From Squalus acanthias (taxonomy: Eukaryota): a stretch of DNA of 64,000 nt. The notes under the pieces are model-generated. The model had not been told where the DNA came from and did not search any database. It was given only the letters and a program-made list of their open reading frames with translations. How positions within the stretch are numbered: the first letter of the stretch is position 1; each line of letters begins with the position of its first letter. The position numbers and the translations under genes are program-made. The stretch spans positions 137,456,001 to 137,520,000 of the forward strand of contig CM059432.1 in assembly GCA_030390025.1 (NCBI GenBank). The letters run 5' to 3'. Below, piece after piece: positions 37,567 to 50,562 of the stretch.

Positions 37567-39880
37567 GCAAAAACAGCAAATGCTGGAAATACTCAGCAGG
37601 TCAGGCAGCATCTGTGGAGAGAAAAACAGTTGACCAGAAAAAGCAGCAAACCTGAGGATTGGGAGCAGTTTAGGATTCAGCAAAGGAGGACAAAGAATTA
37701 ATTAAGAGGGGGGAAATAGAGTATGAGAGTAAGCTTGCAGCGAACATAAAAACTGACTGTAAAAGCTTCTATAGATAATGTGAAGAGAAAAAGATTGGTG
37801 AAGTCAAGCGTAGGTCCCTTGCAGTCAGAATCAGGGGAATTTATAATGGGGAACAAAGAAATGGCAGACCAATTAAATACATACTTTGGTTCTGTCTTCA
37901 CAAAGGAGGGCACAAATAAACTCCCAGAGATGTCGGGCAACATAGGGTCTAATGAGAGGGAGGAACTGAATGAAATCAGTATTTGTAGGGAAATGGTGTT
38001 AGGGAAATTGACGGGATTGAAGGCCGATAAATCCCCAGGGCCTGATAATCTACATCCTAGGGTACTTAAGGAAGTGGCCCTAGAAATAGTAGATGCATTG
38101 CTGGTCATCTTCCAAAATTCTATAGACTCTGGAACAGTTCCCATGGATTGGAGGGTAGCTAATGTAACCCCACTATTTAAAAAAGGTGGTAGAGAGAAAA
38201 CGGGGAATTATAGACCGGTAAGCCTGACATTGGTAGTGGGGAAAATGCTAGAGTCCATTATAAAAGATGCAATAGCAGAGCACTTGGAAAACAGTGACAG
38301 GATCGGACAAAGTCAACATGGATTTACAAAAGGTAAATCATGCTTGACTAATCTACTGGAATTTTTTGAGGATGTAACTGGTAGAATAGATAAGGGAGAA
38401 CCAGTGGATGTGGTGTATTTGAACTTTCAGAAGGCTTTCAATAAGGTCCCGCATAAGAGATTAGCGTGCAAAGTTAAAGCACATGGGATTGGGGGTAAGG
38501 TACTGACTTGGATAGAGAACTGGTTGGCAGACAGGAAGCAAAGAGTTGGAATAAACGGGTCTTTTTCCAAGTGGGAGGCAGTGACTAGTGGGGTACCACA
38601 GGGATCGGTGCTAGGACCCCAGTTATTCGCAATATATATTAATGATCTAGACGAGGGAACTAGATGTAATATCTCCAAGTTTGCAGACGACACAAAGCTG
38701 GGTGGGCGTGTGTGCTGTGAGGAGGATGCAGAGAAACTCCAGTATGATTTGGACAGGTTGGGTGATTGGGCAGATGCATGGCAGATGCAGTATAATGTGG
38801 ATAAATGCGAGGTTATCCACTTTGGTGGCAAAAACAGGAAGGCAGATTATCTGAACGGCAATAGATTGGGAAAAGGGGAAGTGCAACGAGACCTGGGTGA
38901 CTTTGTGCACCAGTCGCTGAAGGTAAGCATGCAGGTGCAGCAGGCGGTTAAGAAGGCAAATGGTATGTTGGCCTTCATAGCGAGAGGATTCCGAGTACAG
39001 GAGCAAGGATGTCTTGCTGCAGTTGTACAGGGCCTTGGTGAGACCACATCTTGAGTATTGTGTGCAGTTTTGGTCGCCTTATCTGAGGAAGGATGTTCTT
39101 GCCATGGAGGGAGTGCAGCGAAGATTCACCAGACTGATACCTGGGATGGCAGGAATGACGTATGAGGAGAGATTGGGTCGATTAGGCTTATATTCGCTAG
39201 AGTTTAGAAGAATGAGAGGGGATCTCATTGAAACTTATAAAATTCTAACGGGACTAGACAGACTAGATGCAGGAAGGCTGTTCCCGATGGCGGGGGGGTC
39301 CAGAACCAGGGGTCACAGTCTAAGGATAAGGGGTAAGCCATTTAGGACTGAGATGAGGAGGAATTTCTTCACCCAGAGAGTGGTGAACCTGTGGAATTCT
39401 CTACCACAGAAGGCAGTTGAGGCCAATTCATTAAATATATTCAAGAAGGAGTTAGATATATTTCTTAAGGCTAAGGGGATCAAGGGATATGGGGAGAAAG
39501 CAGGGACAGGGTACTGAATTTGGATGATCAGCCATGATCGCATTGAATGGCGGAGCAGGCTTGAGGGGTCGAATGGCCTACTCCTGCTCCTATCTTCTAT
39601 GTTTCTATGACGTTTCAGGTAGGTGACCTCACGTCGGAATTGGAAATAGTTAGACGGGTTTTAAGCAAGTGCAGAGGCAGGGAAAGCGGGGAGGGGAGAA
39701 AAGAACAAAAGGGAAGGTCTGTGATAGGGTGGAAGGCAGGAGTGATTAAATGGCTAGAAAGGGTTGTAAAGGGACAACAAAAGGAACAGAAGATGGGTCG
39801 AGAGGAGCTGTAAATGAACACAGAGTCATTACCAACAGCTGCTGTCCGAAAAATTGGAGCAGTGGTTCTGATCTGAATTG
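37567..39880 (-). mobile_element. PLE 3' fragment split by a CR1 insertion (pieces 37567-37634 and 39608-39880)
   Basis: The two pieces join to match 4962-5360; tgac on both sides of the CR1. Confidence 0.75.
37635..39607 (+). mobile_element. 5'-truncated, relatively young CR1 LINE (ORF2 RT, frameshifted)
   Basis: ORFs 37780-39054 and 39014-39517 contain KSPGPD, NYRPVSLT, QHGF, GVPQGSVLGP, YINDL and FADDTKL; canonical 3' tail (ttctatg). Confidence 0.95.
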
Positions 39881-40809
39881 AATAATGTTGCTTTAAAGGG
39901 GTGGTGTTGCTGTATGGGGGTGGGGGAGTTCAGACAGGCTTTGTCCCCAGGGCACCTCCAGCACTATGCAAACTATTGCAGTGAGGAATATTTTTTTAAG
40001 AACAAAACAACTAAGGAACTTGTGACACCATCCCTTTAAGTGAATACACAGAAGATTGAACTTTACTTACGGAAGTAATTCAGAATGAGTCAGTCATTTC
40101 TGCAAAATTTGTATTCATTTTTACATGGAAGTTTATTAAAGTTCAATATAAAAAAAAAAAACCACAGCTGATATTCCAACTAGTTACCTCACGGAGAGCA
40201 AGACCATATAAATTGTGAATAATGAGATTGCTCGCATGTGGGGAGCAACATTTTCCATTGTGCCACGTGTAAGAAACCTGTTCTTTATGAACAAGCTTGC
40301 AATTTCTGTCATGCATAGCACACAGGAAATCTTCCCACTGTCCTCTTTTTTTATAAGGCTTGTATGGTTTCTCTTTAGTGTCTGTAATGCCACGGTTAGT
40401 TTTTAATTGCCCAAAGAGTGTGTGTGTGTTTTTAAAAATAATTACCTCTGGGTGATATTCTGATTAACCTTCATGGTGCTTTAGCTGACTTGGTCTCTTG
40501 GTCTACCAAAAACCCAGTGGTGATTTTAGTTTGTGTGTCCTGCTGGCATCTTCTTTGAGATCGTTGCAGAACAAAGCAATCCCCAAAAGATTTAAAAACT
40601 ATGGGCATCAGAAATCTGAAATATCAACAGAAACTACTGGAAATGGATGGATGGCTGGTCAACAGCATTTGAGAAGCGAAAGATACGTTCAGGTTTTCAG
40701 ATGTAACCCTTCGCCAATTCTGAAATTTATCAGGACAAAGCCCTTTGCGAATTCTACGAGCTTCCACTTTATGTAGCCTACAATAAGATACCCGATGCAT
40801 AAAATGTTC

Positions 40810-41125
40810 CTTTTTGGCAGCACCTCCCAAACCCGTGACCTCCCCATCTAGAAGGACAAGGTCAGCAGGTGCATTCGGAACACCATCGCTTCCAAGGTTC
40901 CCCTCCGAAATCACACACCACCCCGACTTGGACATCTATCGGCCGTACCTTCATCGTTGTTGGGTCAAAATGCTAACCCCATAGTTGGAGCACCTTCAAT
41001 GCACGGACTGCAGGAGTTCAAGAAGGCGGCTCACCGTCGCCTCCACCACCACCTTCTCGGGGTAACTCGGGACGGGCAATAAATGCCAGCCTTGCCTGCG
41101 ACACCCACATCCCCAGAATGAAATT
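40810..41125 (+). mobile_element. CR1/L2-group LINE 3' end
   Basis: Reverse complement of the 25085 family. Confidence 0.7.
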
Positions 41126-41811
41126 CCCCTCAATAGAGTGGGAATCTGATATTGACAGAAGTTGATCCAAAACAGAGCAGATTTGGAAAGAGGAGGAAGG
41201 AAGATTATTTCTATTAAATAATTTGGAAGAGTGAAAATTAGTTGAAATAATTAGCCTTTCAGGACATAAGAAATAGGAGCAGGAGTCGGCCATTCGGCCC
41301 CTCGAGCCTGCTCCGCCATTCAATAAGATCATGGCTGATCTTCTACCTCAACTCCACTTTCCCGCACTATCCCTGGACACTTGTGGCTAAGCTTTATTTA
41401 AAGAAATACATTTAATGCTGCTTTTTGATTGACACGTTTTTGGTTTAATTGTGAATGTACTTTCTTCTTTTGATCTTTTTGTTTTGTACCAGCATGACTT
41501 CAAAGGGAAGCAAAAGCTATAATCAGGCTGTTTGTCTAGGCTCTTGATGTTTTTCGACCCCACTGTTCTGCTCTACATGCTATTCAGTCGCACATAAGAG
41601 CTTTTTAGCATGGCCATGTGGTCTAAAGTTACTGAAGAGAACGGTTAAGTCTGTCTGTATTATACAGTGAGAAAAATTGTAATGTAGGTAAATCTGCTGC
41701 TTCTGTTTAATAACTTTGTAATAAACTTGAATCATAGATTTGAGCTTGAATCATATAGCTTGTCAGCATGGTATCTTACTGGTCCTAGGACTTGCGTTAA
41801 AAAATATTTTT

Positions 41812-42670
41812 TCTTCTGGATGTGGGAGACCCTGGCAAAGTCGCATTTATTGCCCGTTCCACGTGGCCCTAGCAAGGTGGTGGTGGGCCATCTTGAACCG
41901 CTGCAGTCCTTGTGCTGATGGTGTTCCCATGATACTGTTAAGGTGGGGAATTCCAAGATATTGACCCAGCAAGAGTGCAAGCCCCAGGATGGTCTGTGCC
42001 TAGAAGGGGAGGGTGTTCCCATGCTGCTCTTGTCTTGCTGGAGGTTGCAGGGTTGGGAGGTGTTGTTGAAGTAAGACTGGCGAGTTGCTGTCCATATCCT
42101 AACTCTAACCAAACCCCGTTCACCCATCACCCCTGTGCTCGCTGACCTACATTGGCTCACGGTTAAGCAACGCCTCGATTTTAAAATTCTCATCCTTGTG
42201 TTCAGTTCCCTCCATGGCCTCTTGGGGTGCTAACATTGAATATCGTGGCGCTGAGGCACGTTGCACCGCGGTACTCCTCCCCTTATTAAAGGAGAGGGGC
42301 CTTGCGCAGCGTGACCGGGGACCCAGCTGGGCCACCAGGGATCGGGGTGCCGGCAAAAGGGCTGACGGAGCGTGGCCGGCACCCCGCGGGAGGGCTGCCA
42401 AGGGGGGACGGCAAAGGGGGGGCAGGTGCTGGCAGGCGGCCAGCAACAAAAATGGCCGCCCACCACCTCCCCTTTAAATATCGCCACCCCGGCCGCACGT
42501 ACGCCCCCCTGACCCTGTCGGACATAGCGTCCGGCGGTAAGTCAGGGGGCGCTACCGGTTACTGCTGCCACTAACCGCCCACTGAAGTTCGCGGGAGGTG
42601 TTAGCCGCGCCCGGGGCTAGTTGCTTTGCGCCCTGTTAGGGAGGCACAAAGCAACCGGATTTTGTCCCCA
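41812..42670. mobile_element. Composite: LINE 3' end (-), L2 piece (+, ~42093-42220), truncated Harbinger MITE (~42220-42670)
   Basis: Segments match the respective families; the MITE keeps only a right TIR-like end ggattttgtcccc. Confidence 0.7.
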
Positions 42671-42720
42671 GTGTTTTTACACCCAGCGTTGTCGGGACGT
42701 GGAATGCCCTAGCAGAAATA

Positions 42721-42946
42721 TGATGCGGAGATGCCGGCGTTGGACTGGGGTGGACAAAAATGAGAAGTCGCACAACACCAGGTTATAGTCCAACAGATTT
42801 ATTTAAAATTACAAGCTTTCGGAGCTATCCTGCCCCTTCTCACAGTAACTTTACCTGCAGAAGGGGCAGGATAGCTCCGAAAGCTTGTAATTTTAAATAA
42901 ATCTGTTGGACTATAACCTGGTGTTGTGCGACTTCTCATTTTTGTC
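42721..42946. mobile_element. Young PLE insertion with perfect 88-bp inverted repeat and 11-12 bp TSD
   Basis: Arms 42753-42840 and 42859-42946 are exact reverse complements; (c)tagcagaaata flanks both sides (42709-42720, 42946-42957). Confidence 0.85.
42851..42890 (+). ncRNA. Minimal hammerhead ribozyme motif (A6-to-C variant)
   Basis: TTAC-CTGCAGA-A-GGGGC-AGGATA-GCTCC-GAAAG-CTT-GTAA: stem I TTAC/GTAA, stem II GGGGC/GCTCC, palindromic AAGCTT stem III. Confidence 0.6.
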
Positions 42947-44082
42947 TAGCAGAAATAGCGATGGAAGCGGAATTCATAATGCATTTTAAAAGGCAAGTGG
43001 ATAAGTGTTTGGAAAAAGTTATAAAAATGGGCAGGAGAATGGGACCCGATGATTAATTCGAGGGCCAGTGCGTGGGCAGCGGGTGGATGTGCCGGAAGGA
43101 GGGCATGGCGGGCAGATGCGGGGCGTCAGTGGGCTGATAAGTGGGTTGATGCAGGGCAGGGGTGGGGGGAGTTGATGCAGGGACCCTGAGCTAAATGGCT
43201 GCCTTCTGTGCTATATAATTCTATATAAAGATAAGTTGTTGGGGAAAGTGTTAAAGTTCTACCATAGCTGTAATTGGGAAAAGCTTTCTTCTTGCAGTCG
43301 GAATATTAATGTGGGCTTCATCTTGTGTAAAAGCTGCAGGAAAGGTCTTTTTGAACAATGGCAACGCAGAAACCGCTCTAAACAGCTTCTTTCTAATCTG
43401 GGAGTAAATTAGCATTCAACGGAGCAGATCGATACCAATGTAGATGAACAGTGTGTCGTGACTACAGCGTGCAAACCCAGCCTGCAGCCCCGCTAGTTCT
43501 AAATTAGATTATCTACCACCCGAGGTGATTTTGAGTAGTTTCGTCCTGAGATATTAAGTGCAATCTCCATGTTAATACAAAATCTTCTGGAGAAGCCCAG
43601 TCTAAAATCTGAATAAACAAAGGGTTGGCGTCCGCTGTATTAGAAAGCCTCTTTAAAATGTCACCTTTTGTATTGTGCGCGCTTTGTCACTGTCGTGGTT
43701 TTTACACGAGATATTCGACTCCAAAATGCATATGTGGGTGCCCCCTGTGGCTGCTGCTGCTAATCACACCGGAGTTTGCTTGACCAGACGGACCGGACCA
43801 GAAAAAGGGGGCACTTGGCAGCTGGGGAGGTTCATCTTAGCTGCTAACCTATCAGAAGAGGTCATACAGTGCTCGCTGACCCCCATTGGCTCCGATCCCG
43901 GCAACGCCTCTAATTTGAAAATTCTCCTCCTTGAGTTCAAATCCCTCCATGTCCTCTCCCCTCCCTATCTCTGTGAAATCCTCCAGCCCTCCGAATAACA
44001 TTGACAGCTGACCTGGATTGAATGATTCGCCATGTGGCCAGGATACCTCAGCAGACACTAGAGGAGTGTCTGGCCCATGCTA

Positions 44083-44430
44083 CTACAACAACAACAACTT
44101 CCATTCATATAGCACCTTTAACATAGACCCCAGGCCCCTCACAGCAGCCACATGGAGATATTAGGACAGCTGACCAAAAGCTTGGTCAAAGAGCTAGGTT
44201 TTAAGGAGCGTCGAAAAGGACGAGAGGCTTAAGGAGGGAATTCCAGAGCCTAGGGGCCAGGCAGCGGAAGGCATGGCCACCAATGGTGGAGCGATGGAAA
44301 TCGGGGGATGCGCAAGAGGCCCGAATTGGAGGAGCGCAGAGATCTCGGAGGGTTGTAGGGGGCTGGAGGAGCTTGCAGAGATAGGGAGGGGGGGCGAGAG
44401 GCCATGGAGGAATTTGGAAACCAGGATGGT
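44083..44430 (-). mobile_element. L2 3' end
   Basis: Peptide IGGHAFRCLAPRLWNSL and (caa)n tail. Confidence 0.8.
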
Positions 44431-46749
44431 AGCACTGCCTGCATGCCTGGATCATTTTAATACGATCCCAGCACAAACTCAACGTGGTCGCTGGGACGAT
44501 GCGAATCGTGCAGCCCCGCGCCCCACCCCTTGCTTGGGTGCGATCGAATTTCTAGGCCATTAATTGGCCAGAATAAAGGAAGCTTCTCTCTCCAATTGGC
44601 CAGTGTTACCCTGATCAGAGAGTTTCTTGATGTTCACATTGGGTGATATAAGCGGAGAAAGCATTTCATTTCCCAATGCTGACAGCCTACGGATTGAGTT
44701 TTAAAAAAAAAAATTGATCGCCACTCCAAATTTAATTGAGAATGGGGGGTTTAGTGTTTAGATTCCACTGAGGCATCGGTGGTGCAGTGCCAATTTCTGA
44801 ATAACTTGTTTGTCGAATTTCATGGGCTGCAAAATCAATTTCACACTCCCCACAGCAATGAAGGGACAATGGGCCGGATCTTGCTGGAGCGGGGCGTCTC
44901 ACGGTGTGTGCCATTAGTTAGACTCCCCCTCACCCTTCAGCTCAAATATCACTTGTGCCGTAACTGGCTGCGAGTGCGTGCCGATGACAAGCCAGCGAGG
45001 GCAACGGGGCACCTGGGACCTCCGTGAACGGCGGCACTGACAGCCTTAACCAATGAGATTCAAGGCTTGAGAAAGAAACGGCGGAGCAGGAAATAGGGTG
45101 AATTAGAGTCAAATCATCTACAGAAAGAGAAATAACGAGAGGGAAAGCAAGATTGGATTAAGAGAGAGAGAGAAAAGAGACAAAGGATAATTGTTTGTTT
45201 GAAAACCTCAGCAATTTTTTTTTTATTCATTCAAGAGATGTGTACGCCACTGGAAAAGCCAGCATTTATTGCCCATCCCTAATTGCCCTTAGAGAAGGTG
45301 GTGGTGAGTGGCTTGCTCGGCCATTTCAGAGGGCAGTTAAGAGTTACATTGCTGTGGGTCTGGAGTCACACATAGGCCAGACCGGGTAAGGACGGCAGAT
45401 TTCCTTTCCTATGAAAATCCAGTAGTTTCATGGTTACCATTACCGATACTAGCTTTTTATTTAATTAACTGAATTTAAGTTCCCCAGATGCCGTGGTGGG
45501 ATTTGAACTCGCCTCTCCGGATCATTAGTCCAGGCCTACTGGATTACTAGTCCAGGGACATAACCACCATGCCACCATTCCCGGGCATCACTGCTTTAAA
45601 AGTAGTGAAGTAGAGGAAAAAACTTTTTCTGTTGCTAAAATGCTGTTGTTGATGGCGCTGATTGAAGGTCCCAGTACTACAAGGTGACTTTATTTCAGCA
45701 AAAAGAACAGGAATAACAAATGAAAATTTCTTGTCACCAACAATATCAAAAAAAATAAAGAGCTTGCATTTATACAGTGCCTTTCATGACCTCCAGGAAG
45801 TCCAAGAGCGCTTTACAGCCAATGAAGTACAGTACTTTTGAAGTGTAGTCACTGTGGTAATGTAGGAAACGTGGCAGCCAATTCGTGCACAGCAAGCTCC
45901 CACAAACAGCAATGTGGTAATGACCAGATCATTTGTTTTGTGGCCATAAAATGAGTTAACAGCTTTTTCTTTAAACTATGGTCCAGAAAATGTACTCTTA
46001 AATTGCCGCAGTTAAATATGTTCAGGTGTCAACTGAACAAATCTGAAATGGTTCCTTCAACCTTGGCTACTGGGTTACTGCTGCAAGCATAGATTAAATC
46101 GTGCATATTCTTCCTTCCCTACCACGCAATTAGTCCACGTTACTGGCATTAGTATGAGGCCCATTATGCGGTTTAAAAAAAAAATGAGTTGCTTCTCTAA
46201 TCTTTGCGCTGCACAGCAACATCACATGGAGTCATGACAAAGCATTGATGCAGGCTTTCAGTTGAAACCAGGCTCCCCTTGATGTGGTAAAACTTGTTCA
46301 ACAATCTATAAACATCCGCCAAGTTTCACTGTGCAAAAACAGGTAGAATTAGGAATAGCAGTAGGCCATTCAGCCCCTCAGGCCTGTTCCGCCTGTTAGC
46401 ATAACAGTGATCCGGATGAGAGAGTGTTTTATTTTCATTTTTTTTTTTAGCTGAATGGAGAATGATTTCACTGAGACTAGATTTTGTGTAAGATTGAGAA
46501 ATAAAGTAATGGAGATCGTCGCTGGGCACCTGCCTTGTTAACTTTTTACATCTTGTAAACTGCCTTGACAAAATAGTAACCTTTAACTATCCATCTGCTC
46601 GTATAGGAAGGTATTTAGTTTGTCTTGTTCTTTTCCCTTATCCCACACTTTGATATTGCAACTTATAGTGGCCAATAATGCAAATGAAATCTGTTCTCCA
46701 CAATATGGCTGGTGTACCCGAGAGTCACACCAGTCACTTAGCACCTATT

Positions 46750-47020
46750 ACAACAGCAAATGCATTTATATAGCGCCTTTAACGTAGTAAACCGGACAAA
46801 ATTTGACATCGAGCCACATGAGGTGCCAGTAGGACAGGTGACCAAAAGCTTGGTCAAAGAGGTAGGTTTTCTAAGGAGAGGTTTAGGGAGGAAGTTCCAG
46901 AGCTTGGGGCCGAGGTAGCTGAAGGCACGGCCGCCAATGGTGGAGCGATAGAAATCGGGAATGCGCAAGAGGCCAGAATTGGAGGAGCGCCGAGATCGCG
47001 GAGGGGTGTAGGGCTGGAGG
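46750..47020 (-). mobile_element. L2 3' end
   Basis: IGGRAFSYLGPKLWN peptide and tail. Confidence 0.8.
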
Positions 47021-47944
47021 TGACCCTGCCGTCTCCCAGCACGCACATGCAAACAGCATAAAGCATTAACTTTGACTCTTTTGAGGTAATTTTTGGACAC
47101 GGGAAACAGTACGCGCTGGGGTTTTACGTATGCAATTGATTGATATTCAGTAAAGCAGCTGTGTGTTTGTTTACTTTTGGTGGTGAAAGCGCTTATTTTA
47201 TCATTTGTGTGCAACGTGGCACAGTGCTCCAGCTCTTGTGAAATAGGGGGGGGGGATGGAATCTCCACAGAGTTCTCAAGACCTTCCACTGTAACATTGG
47301 CAGCAGATTGACTGAGTCCTCACCAAAAAATGTGCAAATGGCTACTTTTACGCAGTTTCCTCCGGCGTTTCTGATAATCTTTCACCAAAGTTACAGCAGG
47401 AAATTGGGAGAACTCCCAAGGAAATTCCAAGCAAGTATCCTCCCACTTGCTGGGAACTACCATATTGGAAATCGCGCATGTGTCTGCCTGTGTACGCTAT
47501 ATACAGTAAACTCTTGTTTAAACGGCACTTAATCATGCGGAATTCTTTAATAACCGGCAAAATTGTATTCTGATGAATGCACATTCTAACTGCATGTTTA
47601 TTCCATGTGTGGCGTTGAAACATGGCACAAAGTAAGTTTTTTACTGTATATTTGTGGGGTCAGAATATGCAGGTGTGCTCCTTCGGGCTTTTACAAAACC
47701 AGCTTGGGTCCATTGCCACTCCATGTCCCACCTCCTCTCCTGAGTTCGGAACACCCCCACAGAATGACCTTCTTCTGGTCTGAGGTCGGCCGATATATAA
47801 ATTGCCTCGGTAGGTATACCTCTATTTTTAATCAACCGGCACCATCCCGGTCCCGTAGGTGCTGGATACGAAAGAGTTTACTGTATTACAAAAAATGTTA
47901 AACTAGTAAGCCTAAATTTCTGTTTTATATTTTTGTAATATTCC

Positions 47945-48488
47945 TTCTTGGGATATGGCCATTGTTAGAAAGGCCAGCATTTATTGACCATCACTAGTTG
48001 CCCCTTGAGAAGTTGATGGTGAGCCGCCATTTTGAACCGCTGCAGTCCGTGTGGTGAAGGTACTCCCACTGTGCTGTTAGGTAGGGAGTTCGAGAATTTT
48101 GACCCAGCGACAATGAAGGAACAGCCGATAATAAGTCCAAGTCGGGATGGTGTGTGACTTGGAGGGGAACTTGCAGGTGATGGTGTTCCCGTGCGGCTGC
48201 TGCCCTTGTCCTTCTAGGTAGAAGAGGTCGCAGGTTTGGGAGGTGCTGCCGAAGAAGCCTTGGCGAGTTGCTGCAGTGCATCTTGTAGATGGTACACACT
48301 GCAGCCACGGTACGCCGGTGGTGGAGGGAGTGAATGTTTAACGTGGTGGATGGGGTGCGAATCAAACGGGCTCCTTTGTTCTGGCTGGTGTCGCGATTTG
48401 AGTGTTGTTGGAGCTGCACTCATCCAGGCGAGTGGAGAGTATTCCATCACACTCCTGACTTGTGCTTTGTACGTGGTGGAGAGGCTTT
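47945..48488 (-). mobile_element. CR1/L2-group LINE 3' fragment
   Basis: Matches 25085-25655. Confidence 0.8.
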
Positions 48489-48598
48489 GTAATGCGTGCT
48501 ATTTGCTAACACGCGAAGCTGCAATGATGGAGGCTCATCTCGTTTTAAATATGTAAGAGGAGCATTAAATTCATGGTGCAACAAATTTTAAAGATTTA

Positions 48599-49321
48599 GG
48601 GGGAGAAATTCGGCATGTTAGTGCCTGGCGGGGGTGCTATTAGGGCGTTCAGGCAATAGCGCCACAGCGGGGCGAATCCCGCGCCGCACGGCAAATTCGC
48701 CAGCCCTGTAGCGCCGGTGATGACAGTTAGCGCCCTGGCACCTTTCGCCATGCAGATTGTGACGTCAGCGAGCGTGCAACGATCTGCAGACTTCAGTAGC
48801 ACCTCGCGCAGACAGCGCCAGGGAGCGGAGATGAGAACCAGACGGCTGGCGGGGCGCTACTTAAAGGGATGGGCCCCAGCTGTCACTGAACTTCCGTTCC
48901 AAAGCTCAGTTATGAGTGGCAGAGCGCGCAGGATGTATCTGCAGCCAAATAAAGGCTGCTTAGTCCCCGGAGTGTTGCGGGCCGTCAAAGCACTTTGTAT
49001 TTCATCCCACAGCACATCACCGTTCTGCACTCCCTGAATCACTGGGGGCTGGTGTGCAGACTCCAGTGACCCTCCCCTTTAATGGCTGGAAGGCGCCTGC
49101 GCCAATGCTCACTCCCGATTACACAACACCTCATATTCGTTATCGCTTGGAGCCTAACGCCACTCACCTATGCCATTAGCGCCTGATTTAGTGCTTCCCC
49201 TGCATTCTTTGAGCACTGAGACTGAATTTAGCGGGCGGCGAAATTGATTAGCGCCTGGCTCTAAACTTCCAACTTCTCAAAAGTTAGCGCCCCTTCCTGA
49301 GCGATACCAAATTTCTAGCCC
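48599..49321. mobile_element. Harbinger-like MITE
   Basis: Ends GGGGGAGAAATTCGG / CCAAATTTCTAGCCC; TAGCGCC motifs clustered near both ends. Confidence 0.7.
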
Positions 49322-49492
49322 ATAATACGTTTTTAACCTTGGGCTTGGTCAGCATAACACCATGGGTCCCTGGACATACCTTGGAGAGTGACCAGGAATC
49401 AGTTAGCTCAATGCTGTTACATTGTTACTGTAGGTGAGTATGGTAAGCTATTGCATATTGCTTGATGATGTCAGGCTGCACGGTGATGTGAG

Positions 49493-50141
49493 GGCCTCGA
49501 TATTTGGGGGGAGGGGGGGCACCCGGAAATCCCAGGAACGTGGATTAGCAATTTTAAAAATTCCGTTTCCTGCCCAACAGCCAGACAGATTGAGAGGCTG
49601 GTCACTGCTGGGCAGGGAAGCCTGCGGTGAAAGGCCGCAGCAGGGGACAGTCCCCAGCGATTGGGAAAGATCACTGGGTGGCGGGGTCGGACCGACAATC
49701 GGGAGGATTTGCGAGTTGAGGTGGGTGGGGGTGGGAGGTGGGGTCACATTTCACAGATCGCTGGGCAGAAGTAGGGGAAAGGTCGGCAGGACACAGCAGC
49801 GAGGAAAGGCCGCGTTTGGCAGAAGGTTTTGCTGGAGGTGGGCCTGGCGGGAAAGCACTGCTGCTCCTCCTGGTCCACGAGCAGCGCTGGAAAAGCACTT
49901 GCCTGCCGGATCTGGCCGCTCCCGTCTCCAGTTCACTGCCGGGTTTCCTGAGCCGTGTACTGTGGGAGCCTGATTTAAATATAACGAGGTGCCCCGCCTC
50001 TTGAGAGCAGGGCACGCCTCGCAACCGTAAAAATGGCGGCAGGCGTGCGCGGGGCGGGCTGGGGGTCGCGTAACGTGTGTTTAAACTTTCAAACCCCGGC
50101 CCGTCATGAGGGGGTTGGGGGAGGGGGGTTAATATCAGCCC
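49493..50141. mobile_element. Harbinger-like MITE (34280 family)
   Basis: Ends GGCCTCGATAT / AATATCAGCCC; internal match to 34280-35314. Confidence 0.65.
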
Positions 50142-50296
50142 AGAGGACCCAGGTTAATATTGGGGTTGCCAAGTCTGGTTGCTATTTGCCTCAACCACTC
50201 TTTGTGGTAGCATGTTCCACGTTCTCGCTGGGTAAAGGCCAAGGACCAGCTCTTGGCATGAAGCAACAGCTCTTGGCATGAAGCAACAGCCCTAAC

Positions 50297-50562
50297 TAAG
50301 GTTGCCAACTCCAGTTGAAGGTATTCCTGGCAGTTTTGTCACAAGCCCTCTTGACTCCAACCACCTGGGCCCGGTCAAACAGCCTTTTATCCCATCTCCA
50401 ATATTTGAACAAATAATAAACAAAAGCGTTCGAAGAAAACAAAATAAAAACACACCACTTTTTTAAAAGCCCTTCATGATTTTATCCTCCTGGGTTGTTT
50501 GCAGGAGATTAATCTTTTACTTCCTGGAGGCTCCAGTACAATCCTGGAGGGTTGGCAACCCG
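50297..50562. mobile_element. hAT-like MITE
   Basis: taagggttgccaac-like / gttggcaaccc ends. Confidence 0.7.

Noticed and set aside
37780..39517. Longest ORFs as a host gene or active LINE
   Set aside because: CR1 RT, 5'-truncated, no endonuclease or ORF1, frameshifted.
41493..41643. Possible Golli exon 3 after a strong acceptor
   Set aside because: Stops in all three frames and no resemblance to the Golli exon 3 peptide.
50248..50290. 20-bp direct repeat (also a 24-bp repeat at ~17712-17767)
   Set aside because: Two-copy slippage duplications without spacers; not CRISPR-like.
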